Shown here: piece by piece, positions 11,058 to 19,891 of the stretch | Layout of the letters: each line of letters opens with the position of its first letter | How positions within the stretch are numbered: position 1 is the first letter of the stretch | Assembly: GCA_030637655.1 (NCBI GenBank) | Contig: DAOWGI010000005.1 | Coordinates: forward strand, 4,766 to 68,765 | Length of the DNA: 64,000 bases | Direction: 5' to 3' | From: a candidate division FCPU426 bacterium | GTDB taxonomy: Bacteria > Oederibacteriota > JAAXVQ01 > JAUVAV01 | Translations under genes and position numbers: made by a program | The notes under the pieces: generated by a model | Database searches by the model: none | Told to the model about the DNA's origin: nothing | The model's input: only the letters and a program-made list of their open reading frames with translations

Positions 11058-11429
11058 TCATTTAACCGTCGTTTGATCTTCCAGTACTTCCGAAATAATC
11101 ATATCCCAATCGCTTAATTGTGATAATGTCATAGGTGCTAATTTCAATCCACAGGTAGTACAATTTTTTTGAGCATCCCAGCGTTTCCATTGAATATGAC
11201 CCTGTCCTTTGATTTTTATAAAAGGATTAGGCAAGTCCAGATCAAAATCAAGGTGCTTTTTTTCAATCAATTCCGCGGAAAGGGGAAGTTCAACGCACAT
11301 ACCATTGATGCTGATGTCTTCAATCCTGCCATGTGAGGATATTTTGTGATTTTTTTCCTCATCCTCGTAGGTAAAACGAATAGGAATATCTACTTTCGCG
11401 CGATTGTCTGAACCCCGCTGTTTTTTCAT
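11058..11429 (-). CDS. PilZ-domain protein
   Basis: RAKVDIPIRF...EDISINGMCV fits PilZ motifs; 123 aa; RBS GGAGG in 3' end of upstream gene. Confidence 0.5.
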   Translation of the reverse strand: MKKQRGSDNRAKVDIPIRFTYEDEEKNHKISSHGRIEDISINGMCVELPLSAELIEKKHLDFDLDLPNPFIKIKGQGHIQWKRWDAQKNCTTCGLKLAPMTLSQLSDWDMIISEVLEDQTTVK

Positions 11430-11432
11430 GGT

Positions 11433-11615
11433 TTATTGTTCCTCCTTTTTTGTGTTGTGAATGTCTTGCTCTTTAATGCGGAGAACATTAACTAAGTAAT
11501 ATTCGAGTGCTTCGCGTACCACAAAACTAAAACTACGTCTTTTTTGATCTGATACATTTTTCAAAACATCAATTAATTTCTGATCGTTTTCTGGAAGATA
11601 GAAGTTAATAATCAT
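11433..11615 (-). CDS. ribbon-helix-helix (CopG/Arc-like) small DNA-binding protein
   Basis: 60 aa; beta-strand then two helices pattern (RRSFSFVVREALEYYL); 3-nt gap to downstream PilZ gene. Confidence 0.4.
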   Translation of the reverse strand: MIINFYLPENDQKLIDVLKNVSDQKRRSFSFVVREALEYYLVNVLRIKEQDIHNTKKEEQ

Positions 11616-11688
11616 TTGTGGCCCCCTAATATCATATAAGATATTATATGATATGATAATATCTTGTCAACAAAAAAATAAAATATCT

Positions 11689-11746
11689 GTAGGGGCACGA
11701 TGCTTGTCCGACATCGCTTTAACGAAGTCGGATGCTGTGCCCCTAC
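11689..11746. repeat. extended REP-like palindrome (GTAGGGGCAC...GTGCCCCTAC) flanked by T-runs
   Basis: 58-nt imperfect hairpin with GTAG/CTAC ends in divergent intergenic region; T-rich tracts on both strands. Confidence 0.5.
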
Positions 11747-11823
11747 AATCTGCCTTTTTTCTTTACATTCAATAAAAAAAACGTATAATTCCTGTATATT
11801 TTGGGATTGGGAGGATCTTTTTT

Positions 11824-12579
11824 ATGTCTGGACATTCCAAATGGGCAACCATTAAACGATCTAAAGCAGCAACTGATGCCAAACGCGGTAAGGCGTTTAC
11901 CAAAGTGACCAAAGAAATAATTCAAGCTGCCAAAAACGGTGGTGGTAATCCTGATATGAACGCTCGTTTGCGGACTGCAATCTTAGCTGCCAAAGCTGTA
12001 AATATGCCGCATGACAATATCAAAAGGGCTATTATGAAAGGAACCGGAGAGTTGGCCGGCGAATCGTATGATGAAATTATATACGAAGGCTATGGTCCTG
12101 GTGGGGTTGCCGTCATGATTGAAATCACCACTGATAACAAAAACCGGTCTGCCTCAGAGATCCGTTCGATTTTTTCCAAACGTAATGGAAATTTGGGTGA
12201 ACCTGGTAGTGTGTCCTGGATGTTTGAGAAAAAAGGACAGATTGTGATTAAAAAAGCGTCTATTTCCGAAGATGATTTGATGACTTTAGCTTTGGAGGCA
12301 GGAGCTGAAGATATTACGACCGAGGAAAGTACATATACTGTAACCACCAATGCCAAGGATTACGAGGCTGTAGATACTGCTTTAAAAGATAAAGTGGAAA
12401 CTGTATCCACGGAAGTTACCATGATCCCGAAAAACGTGATTACCGTGGACAATACCAAAACAGCAGAATCACTCCTGAAATTGTTGGAAACCTTGGAAGA
12501 TCATGATGATGTACAGAATGTGTACTCGAATTTTGATATCCCGGATGAGATAATGGAATCTCTTAGAACAGAAGAATAA
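11824..12579 (+). CDS. yebC: YebC/PmpR family DNA-binding regulator
   Basis: MSGHSKWATIKRSKAATDAKRGKAFTK canonical N-terminus. Confidence 0.9.
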   Translation: MSGHSKWATIKRSKAATDAKRGKAFTKVTKEIIQAAKNGGGNPDMNARLRTAILAAKAVNMPHDNIKRAIMKGTGELAGESYDEIIYEGYGPGGVAVMIEITTDNKNRSASEIRSIFSKRNGNLGEPGSVSWMFEKKGQIVIKKASISEDDLMTLALEAGAEDITTEESTYTVTTNAKDYEAVDTALKDKVETVSTEVTMIPKNVITVDNTKTAESLLKLLETLEDHDDVQNVYSNFDIPDEIMESLRTEE

Positions 12580-12597
12580 TAACAGCGTTAAAGACGC

Positions 12598-13221
12598 ATG
12601 CTTATGCGTCTTTACGAAGGAAAGGGTAGTGTAATTGTGGAAGAAAATGCTTATGATGATTTACGGCTTTACTTGCAGGCCGTAATGCCGAATGCCAAAA
12701 ATATTTCCGGTAAACAGTGCTCCAAACTGTATGGCTTGGTACGCCGGTCCCTGTTATGGGAAAAACAAGAGGAAACCGAAGCTACCCAAGTGTATAGACC
12801 GGAAAGCACAAATGAGTTACAGTTCTTGATCCAATCCTTAAACCTGGCAACTGAGGAAGAAATAAAGGCAGCAGTAGAGGAATTGCAATTATCACCGGAA
12901 GAAAAAGAATTGGAATATGTCCATTGGGCTTTTCGCCGTCAATCTGCCAATGGCGAGATATTGATTCAAGATGCGCTTATTGCTTTCAAGCTGGTACGCA
13001 TGAATCAGTATCAATATTTGCTGCTGTGCCGGGAAAACAATGCCGATGTGGCGGATAGTTTCACACGTGCTTTTAACCATACTCCGGATATTTTTTCAGA
13101 ACACGCTTTAATGATTGAAGATAAAAGCTGTGCCGGTTGGATGTGGATTCTGGATCCTGACAAGGAACGGGCAAACCAAATGAAAGAGGAAATATCCGCG
13201 CTCTGGAAAGTGAAAAAGTAA
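12598..13221 (+). CDS. hypothetical protein (start uncertain; GTG 12640 with AAGGAAAGGG RBS is an alternative)
   Basis: ORF in yebC-psd operon position; annotated ATG lies inside a REP-like hairpin (12589..12614). Confidence 0.35.
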   Translation: MLMRLYEGKGSVIVEENAYDDLRLYLQAVMPNAKNISGKQCSKLYGLVRRSLLWEKQEETEATQVYRPESTNELQFLIQSLNLATEEEIKAAVEELQLSPEEKELEYVHWAFRRQSANGEILIQDALIAFKLVRMNQYQYLLLCRENNADVADSFTRAFNHTPDIFSEHALMIEDKSCAGWMWILDPDKERANQMKEEISALWKVKK

Positions 13222-13883
13222 TGAAATTTCAGATCACCAAACAGAGTAAAGTTGTATTAAATATTTTTATGGCACTTTTTTTTATTGGTCTGCTGACTTT
13301 TATAAGTGCGAAAGATGTATTGAAATACTCAGGGTTTATAATTACCCTGTTTTGTATATTGAGCGTTGGCATTATTATTTATTTCTATCGGGATCCGGAA
13401 CGGCAGACAGTAGCGGATTCGGATATCATTCTGGCGCCGGCGGATGGAATGATCGTGCGCATAGAGCAAACTACTGAGGAGAAACATCTCAAAGGTTCTG
13501 CTACTCTGGTGGCAATATTCATGCATATAGGCAATGTGCATGTCCAGCGCCTGCCCAGTGACGGTACCTTGCTGTGGGAACAGCATCAACCGGGAAAATT
13601 CCGGGCGATCCTGGATCCAAAAGCGCCGATTGAAAATGAACAGCGCTGGTACGCTTTTGCAAATCAAGACCGCAACTTTACCTTGGTTCAAATTGCCGGT
13701 TTGCTTGCCAGACGAACGATTTCCTGGCTACAGCCGCAACAGAAATATACCCGTGGCGAACGTTTGGGAATGATTGCTTTGGGTTCTGAGGTTGATTTAT
13801 ATTTACCGCCTGAGGCGGATATTACAGTCCGGGTTGGAAAAAAGGTAAAAGCGGGTATTACTCCGCTGGGTAGGTGGAAATAA
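13221..13883 (+). CDS. phosphatidylserine decarboxylase family protein (short form)
   Basis: ~220 aa; LGSEV near C-terminus consistent with PSD proenzyme cleavage region; adjacent to CDP-alcohol phosphatidyltransferase. Confidence 0.65.
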   Translation: MKFQITKQSKVVLNIFMALFFIGLLTFISAKDVLKYSGFIITLFCILSVGIIIYFYRDPERQTVADSDIILAPADGMIVRIEQTTEEKHLKGSATLVAIFMHIGNVHVQRLPSDGTLLWEQHQPGKFRAILDPKAPIENEQRWYAFANQDRNFTLVQIAGLLARRTISWLQPQQKYTRGERLGMIALGSEVDLYLPPEADITVRVGKKVKAGITPLGRWK

Positions 13884-14719
13884 TGGCGCCGACTTCACGC
13901 GTTATCCACTCAGGGAAGTATCTGTTGCCGAATCTGCTGACAACTTTTAATCTGATCTGCGGCATGATTGCTATTTTAGTGGCAATTGAAAATTATACTG
14001 CCGGAGTTATAAATCAGCCGGGAGAGTACGCCATCACTGCCTGGTTGTTATTGGCCGCAATGGTTTTTGATTATTTGGACGGAAAGGTAGCGCGCTGGAC
14101 CAACACGGCCAGTGATTTTGGCGTGAAAATAGATTCCTTTACGGATTTTGTCTCCTTTGGAATCGCTCCGGTCGTAATAGCGTACACAGCTTTATTGCAA
14201 TCCGTATCCCTGTTGATACAAATCATTGCTTGCTTCTCGTTTCTATTGGCAGGAGCATGGCGCTTGGCACGTTTTAATTGCGAAACCATAAGTGAAGCTT
14301 CATCTCAAATTTTTATCGGATTGCCTATTCCGGCAGCCGCGACCTTTGTGGCGACCATGGTATTGGTCTCGTCTGGTCCGAAAAGCATGGTTCCGCGTTT
14401 TTTGGGTCAGTCCATGCATGATTTATCGCCGCAAATGGCCGGTACCTTAACGGCCTTTTTATTGATTGCGTTGGCAGCTTTGATGATAAGCCGAATCCCA
14501 TTTCCAGCCTTCAAAAGGATGAACCGGCGCAATTTAATATTGCTGGGTGGAGTTGGGATTTTCTTTTATGTTTTATCTTTGGTCTTGCCCTGGGGCAATA
14601 TTATTTTCCTGATTATGTTATTGTATATTTTTATTGGGTTGTTTCAATATTTTTTAAATAGAGTCTTGAGATTGCATCAAAAAGAGACTATAGGAAAAAA
14701 AGTACGACGAATTTCATAA
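13874..14719 (+). CDS. CDP-alcohol phosphatidyltransferase (likely phosphatidylserine synthase)
   Basis: DYLDGKVAR...G...D...D motif (D-G-x2-A-R-x8-G-x3-D-x3-D); multi-TM. Confidence 0.7.
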   Translation: MEIMAPTSRVIHSGKYLLPNLLTTFNLICGMIAILVAIENYTAGVINQPGEYAITAWLLLAAMVFDYLDGKVARWTNTASDFGVKIDSFTDFVSFGIAPVVIAYTALLQSVSLLIQIIACFSFLLAGAWRLARFNCETISEASSQIFIGLPIPAAATFVATMVLVSSGPKSMVPRFLGQSMHDLSPQMAGTLTAFLLIALAALMISRIPFPAFKRMNRRNLILLGGVGIFFYVLSLVLPWGNIIFLIMLLYIFIGLFQYFLNRVLRLHQKETIGKKVRRIS

Positions 14720-14725
14720 ATAGGA

Positions 14726-16702
14726 GTGAATGGATCCATGCCGGAGTATTGCATTTCTTTGTCTGAAAATAAAAAAATCGCGGTAGCGCCGGGCACTACG
14801 CTGGGAGAAGCCTTAAAACAGCTCAATCCGGCTTTATACGGTAAAGCCTTAGCCATAAAAATCGGAGACCGGTTTTTTGATCTGGCGCGGGAAGTTCCGG
14901 TTGGTGAGAGTCGCATCACAGTCCTGGATTTTGCCTCGCCGGAAGGCCGGGAGGTATTTCGTCATTCCACCGCACATTTGATGGCCGCGGCAGTCAAAGA
15001 ATTGTTCCCGGAAACAAAAGTAACGATTGGTCCTTCCATCAAAGACGGTTTTTATTATGACTTTGACCGGGATACCCATTTTACCCCGGAAAGCCTGGAA
15101 ACCATTGAGAAACGCATGAAAGAGATTGCTCAAAAGAAACTGTCATTTATCAGAAAAGTCGTGTCCAGAGAAGAAGCCCGTGAGTTGTTTGAAAAAACGG
15201 GGGAGACCTACAAGCTTGAATTGCTGGATGCGATTGAACCCGGCCAGGATGTCTCGCTCTATTTTTTAGGAAACTTTGTTGATCTCTGCCGCGGTCCGCA
15301 TATCCCGCACTCCGGCCTGTTAAAAGCATTCAAGTTGCTCTCCGTGGCCGGCGCGTATTGGCGCGGCGATGAAAATAACAAGATGCTGCAACGGATTTAT
15401 GGGATTGGTTTTGAAAAAAATTCGGGTTTAGAAGCATATTTGCAGCGTTTGGAAGAAGCCAAACGCAGGGACCACCGCCGCTTGGGAAAAGATTTGGATC
15501 TTTTTTCTTTTCATGAAGATTCCGGAGCAGGACTAGTGTACTGGCATCCCAAAGGTTCGAAGATTCGCATGCTCATGGAGGATTTCTGGCGAGCAGAGCA
15601 TTTACAGAATGGGTACGAAATTCTCTATACACCGCATATCGGAAAAGCTCAATTGTGGGAGACTTCCGGTCATTTAGCGTTTTATAAGGAATCCATGTAT
15701 GCACCCATGGTTGTTGATGAACTTGATTATTATATCAGACCTATGAATTGTCCTTTTCATATAAAAATATATAAAAGTGATGTGCGCTCCTATCGCCAGT
15801 TGCCAATGCGCTGGGCGGAGTTGGGAACTGTATATCGCTATGAAAAATCCGGCGTTTTGCACGGTTTGTTCCGGGTTAGAGGATTCACTCAGGATGATGC
15901 GCATATTTTCTGCACACACCGGCAATTGGCGGGCGAAATTCAGGAAGTATTGCGATTTGTGCTGTACATTCTAAAAACCTTTGGATTCAAAGAGTATGAA
16001 ATATATCTCTCTACCAAGCCGGAGAAAGATACTGTGGGTAGTGATGAGGTATGGGACCAAGCTACTGAAGCGTTGCGCAAAGCGCTTGAAAATTCAGGCT
16101 TGCCATATGCTGTGGATGAGGGTGGGGGAACCTTTTATGGTCCGAAAGTGGACATAAAAATCAAAGATTGTTTGGATCGAATCTGGCAATGTTCAACCAT
16201 TCAGGTGGATTTTAATTTGCCGGAACGGTTTGATATGAAATATGTTGGTGAAGATGGAAAAGAGCATCGGCCCATCATGATTCATCGGGCCTTAATGGGT
16301 TCCTTGGAGCGCTTCTTCGGAATTATGGTCGAGCATTATGCCGGCGCTTTTCCGGTTTGGCTGGCGCCAGTGCAAGCCAGGATTTGCACTATTGCGGATC
16401 GTCATCAGGAATTTGCCCAAGAAATTGTGAAGCAATTGAAGTCACACGGAATACGCGTTGATATTGATATGAAAAGCGATAAAGTCAATGCTAAAATACG
16501 CAATGCGCAATTAGAAAAGATACCGTACATGCTGGTGGTGGGAGACCGGGAAGTGGAACAGCAGGCAGCAGCCTTGCGGATACGCACCGGAGAAAATCGC
16601 GGTGCCATGCCAATTGAAGAAATCGCGAAATTAATCCAGCGAAAAAACGCGGATAAGGCGCTTGACCTGGTAGAGACGCGATTAATCGCGTCTCTAGATT
16701 AA
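14726..16702 (+). CDS. thrS: threonyl-tRNA synthetase
   Basis: TGS, editing, class II catalytic (HRALMGSLERF) and anticodon-binding regions; last 11 codons and TAA stop lie inside a tandem REP. Confidence 0.9.
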   Translation: MNGSMPEYCISLSENKKIAVAPGTTLGEALKQLNPALYGKALAIKIGDRFFDLAREVPVGESRITVLDFASPEGREVFRHSTAHLMAAAVKELFPETKVTIGPSIKDGFYYDFDRDTHFTPESLETIEKRMKEIAQKKLSFIRKVVSREEARELFEKTGETYKLELLDAIEPGQDVSLYFLGNFVDLCRGPHIPHSGLLKAFKLLSVAGAYWRGDENNKMLQRIYGIGFEKNSGLEAYLQRLEEAKRRDHRRLGKDLDLFSFHEDSGAGLVYWHPKGSKIRMLMEDFWRAEHLQNGYEILYTPHIGKAQLWETSGHLAFYKESMYAPMVVDELDYYIRPMNCPFHIKIYKSDVRSYRQLPMRWAELGTVYRYEKSGVLHGLFRVRGFTQDDAHIFCTHRQLAGEIQEVLRFVLYILKTFGFKEYEIYLSTKPEKDTVGSDEVWDQATEALRKALENSGLPYAVDEGGGTFYGPKVDIKIKDCLDRIWQCSTIQVDFNLPERFDMKYVGEDGKEHRPIMIHRALMGSLERFFGIMVEHYAGAFPVWLAPVQARICTIADRHQEFAQEIVKQLKSHGIRVDIDMKSDKVNAKIRNAQLEKIPYMLVVGDREVEQQAAALRIRTGENRGAMPIEEIAKLIQRKNADKALDLVETRLIASLD

Positions 16703-16714
16703 TCGCGTCTCTAC
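16670..16714. repeat. tandem REP-like palindrome (GTAGAGACGCGATTAATCGCGTCTCTA x1.5)
   Basis: gtagagacgcgattaatcgcgtctctagattaatcgcgtctctac; overlaps thrS 3' end. Confidence 0.7.
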
Positions 16715-16726
16715 AAAGGATGAAAA

Positions 16727-17929
16727 ATGATCAGCAAAAAAGGAATGTCCTGTGTTCCGGGATTCAAATTCTCCGGAATTGCGCTTGAGGGCAAAAAGAA
16801 AAGCTACGGCTTGATTTACTCGGAAAGCGAGCATACCCTGGGTGCGGCGGTCTATACCCGCAATGATATTCAAGCCGCGCCTATTTATGTTTCCAAGGAG
16901 ATGGATGCCAAAACCGAGAGCAAACGTGCCATCCTGGTCAATAGCGGCAATGCCAATGCTTTTACTGGTGAACAGGGATTGCTGGATGCCGGAAAAAGCA
17001 TCGAGCAATTGGGCAAACAATTAAAAATCAAGCCGGAGGAATGTTATGTCGCATCCACCGGAGTTATTGGGCAAACCTTACCCCTGGATCGTATTCTGAA
17101 GAAAATGCCTGAATTGATTGGAAATTTAGCTGCCAAGCATGATCAGGCATTTGCCCAAGCTATTCTTACCACAGACACACGACTCAAACAAGCTGCGCTC
17201 ACATTTGAAATTTCCGGACAAAAAATCAACCTGGCAGGATGCGTAAAAGGCGCCGGCATGATACAACCTAACATGGCCACAATGCTTTGTTTTGTTGTCA
17301 CGGATGCCCAAATCAGTCATAAGTTGTTGGATAAAGCGCTGCGTATGGCTGTTGACGAGTCATTTAATGTCATTACCGTAGATGGTGATACCAGCACGAA
17401 TGATTCTGTATTTATTTTGGCCAATGGGTATGCGTCCAATATGCTGATTGAAAAAGAGAATAGCGACTTTTCTGTTTTTGCAAATCGCCTCAAAGAATTA
17501 TTGCATTATTTGGCCATGGAAATTATTGCTGACGCGGAGGGTATTACCAAGCGGATATATATCCAGGTAAAAAAAGCCAGAGACAAAGAACAGGCCATGA
17601 AAATTGCCTATGCAGTAGCAAATTCACCCTTGGTTAAAACGGCTTTTTTCGGAGAACAACTTAATTGGGGTAGGATTGTTATGGCAGTAGGAAAAGCCAT
17701 GACCGGCGTTGAAGCTGATAAACTGGATATAAATATAAATGAATATGAAATTGTAAAAAGGGGTGAACCTCAGACTAAAGCTGAATATTATCAGCAAGCT
17801 GAACAATCTTTAAAAAGGAAAAATATAGAGGTTGAAATATATTTAAATCTGGGAAATGAAAGCAAATCCGTGGTCACAACTGATTTATCTTTAGAATATA
17901 TTAAAATAAACGCGAATTATATCTCGTAG
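16727..17929 (+). CDS. argJ: bifunctional ornithine acetyltransferase/N-acetylglutamate synthase
   Basis: ATML autoproteolysis site (NMATMLCFVVTDA); 400 aa. Confidence 0.9.
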   Translation: MISKKGMSCVPGFKFSGIALEGKKKSYGLIYSESEHTLGAAVYTRNDIQAAPIYVSKEMDAKTESKRAILVNSGNANAFTGEQGLLDAGKSIEQLGKQLKIKPEECYVASTGVIGQTLPLDRILKKMPELIGNLAAKHDQAFAQAILTTDTRLKQAALTFEISGQKINLAGCVKGAGMIQPNMATMLCFVVTDAQISHKLLDKALRMAVDESFNVITVDGDTSTNDSVFILANGYASNMLIEKENSDFSVFANRLKELLHYLAMEIIADAEGITKRIYIQVKKARDKEQAMKIAYAVANSPLVKTAFFGEQLNWGRIVMAVGKAMTGVEADKLDININEYEIVKRGEPQTKAEYYQQAEQSLKRKNIEVEIYLNLGNESKSVVTTDLSLEYIKINANYIS

Positions 17930-18024
17930 AAATTGTAAGGGCGGGTTTAAAACCCGCCCTTATGGAATATAATAACGTCGGATAATACATATTATGTTAA
18001 CTATGCCGCGGAATATAATAGTGG

Positions 18025-19842
18025 TTATTTTTCCAAAGATTTTATTCCTTTTATTTTTTCACGGGCCCGGGTGATATGCTTTTTTGATTTTTCGTCATCA
18101 GGATTCAAAATCAGCGCATCTTTCCAGTTTTTGATGGCTTCCTCAAGTTGATTTTGGATGTAGTTTTGCAGACCTTTTTTATACAAGCTATCAGCGATTT
18201 TCAACAGTTGATTTTTGTTTTCCTTGATTTTTTGCCGGGCAATTTGATTTTTATTATCAATAAGCAGCACTTTCTTCCAAGTCAATAAGGCTGAAGCCAG
18301 GTCATTTTCCCGTAAATCAATACTTGCTTCCTGCAAAAGTTTATCTGTTTCCTCTGTTAACTTGATTTTGGTCGCTGAAATATAGCGCTTGGCCCGTTTG
18401 TTTTGGGAATCCACAGCAAGAACTTTTTGCCAGGTTTCAATAGCTTTGCGGTATTTTCGCGTTTGCAAATACTTTAGTCCTTGGGAGAATAAGTTGTTGA
18501 TTATTTGTTCTTTCCGGTTACTTGATCTGGTGGCTTTAACTGCTGTCAATTGTTTGTTGATCTGCTTAAGATATTTATTAGTGGCTTTATATTTTTTATC
18601 GATTTCCATTACTTTGTTGAAATCAATCAAGGCATTAACATACTTTTTCTTGCGCATGGCTGCCAACCCGGCTTTATAGTGCTTCTCAGCCAAGAGCATT
18701 TGTAACTCTTGTTTGGCTTTTTTCAGCTTTTTATCCAATCCCCTATAGCCGGGATTTAAGGCCAGGGCTTTTTCATAAGCGAAAACAGCTTTTTGGTATT
18801 CACGCTTATTAAGATGATGATCACCGGATCGAATATTGTTTTGTATTAATCTTCTCTGTTTTTCTTCCAATTTTTTCTCCAGTCTCCGAACGATTTTTTC
18901 TTCTTCCTTGGTCGAGCGGCCGAATGGAAAAGTGACGGAAATGCGATGGATATTACCCAAGTCAGTATAAGGCGAAAAAGTGTAATCCAGTTTATAATCT
19001 GTGATTTCGGCGCCCAATCCGGCAGTGAGACCGGATAAAGCGCCCAAATCATTACCATATTGGTAATATTTATACCCTGTTCTGAAAAATAAGACTTCTT
19101 CTATATTAAATTCCGCTCCGATTTTAAAAAGCATCTCCTGCTGCAGCGGTTTGCTGATATCAAACGCCAGCAAGAGCTGCTGGTTGAATAATTTGTATGA
19201 GGATCCGAACTCGATGGTAATGGGCAGAGGATCTGCCTGGGCAATGAATTTAATGGGTAAACCGAGGTTTTTTATCACTACACCGAAAGTAAGGTCCGGC
19301 AATAGAAGGTCTTTTACCAGGCCGCACAAATCCGCCGCAATACTCCGGGCGGAATATACATCAATTACTTGATAAATCCCTTTTACATTCAAACCGCTGG
19401 ATATATATTGGTCCCAGGCATGACTCCAACTGACGCCAAAATAAGCATCATAGGCGCTAAAAGTTGAGGGTTCGTCATTTAAGGAAGCGATTTTTTCAAA
19501 GGTGTTATTGTAGGAAAAATAAAAATTCACGCCAATAGCGTCTTCTTTGGTAAACGGTATGCCAAATGCCAGATATTCATTTCTGAAATCCTGGATGAAT
19601 TCCGTATGCACGAACAGCAGTTCAATGTTGGGTGAATGGATTAAGCCGGCAGAGTTCCAAAAAATACTATTCATGTCACCTGAGACACCCACAAAAGCCT
19701 CACCCATGGCTGCGGGCCGAGTGCCTACTGGTTCATTCAAGAATATAGCGCCTGCGGATTCGTCATAAGCATTTGCCTGGCAGGCGAACAACAGGCCGGC
19801 GATTAATGGAATTAAGCATGAATTAAATATTCGTTTTCTCAT
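18025..19842 (-). CDS. outer-membrane beta-barrel (FadL/PorV-like N-terminus) fused to C-terminal TPR-like helical repeats
   Basis: Signal peptide; GTRPAAMGEAFVGVSGDMNSIFWNSAGL resembles FadL-family N-terminal signature; C-terminal ~290 aa of TPR-like repeats; immediately downstream of T9SS cargo gene. Confidence 0.45.
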   Translation of the reverse strand: MRKRIFNSCLIPLIAGLLFACQANAYDESAGAIFLNEPVGTRPAAMGEAFVGVSGDMNSIFWNSAGLIHSPNIELLFVHTEFIQDFRNEYLAFGIPFTKEDAIGVNFYFSYNNTFEKIASLNDEPSTFSAYDAYFGVSWSHAWDQYISSGLNVKGIYQVIDVYSARSIAADLCGLVKDLLLPDLTFGVVIKNLGLPIKFIAQADPLPITIEFGSSYKLFNQQLLLAFDISKPLQQEMLFKIGAEFNIEEVLFFRTGYKYYQYGNDLGALSGLTAGLGAEITDYKLDYTFSPYTDLGNIHRISVTFPFGRSTKEEEKIVRRLEKKLEEKQRRLIQNNIRSGDHHLNKREYQKAVFAYEKALALNPGYRGLDKKLKKAKQELQMLLAEKHYKAGLAAMRKKKYVNALIDFNKVMEIDKKYKATNKYLKQINKQLTAVKATRSSNRKEQIINNLFSQGLKYLQTRKYRKAIETWQKVLAVDSQNKRAKRYISATKIKLTEETDKLLQEASIDLRENDLASALLTWKKVLLIDNKNQIARQKIKENKNQLLKIADSLYKKGLQNYIQNQLEEAIKNWKDALILNPDDEKSKKHITRAREKIKGIKSLEK

Positions 19843-19856
19843 GTTGATTCATCTCC

Positions 19857-19884
19857 GTAGAGACGCATGATTATGCGTCTCTAC
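19857..19884. repeat. REP-like palindrome gtagagacgcatgattatgcgtctctac
   Basis: perfect 10-bp stems with GTAG/CTAC ends; between two minus-strand genes, abutting the RBS. Confidence 0.65.
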
Positions 19885-19891
19885 CACTGCC

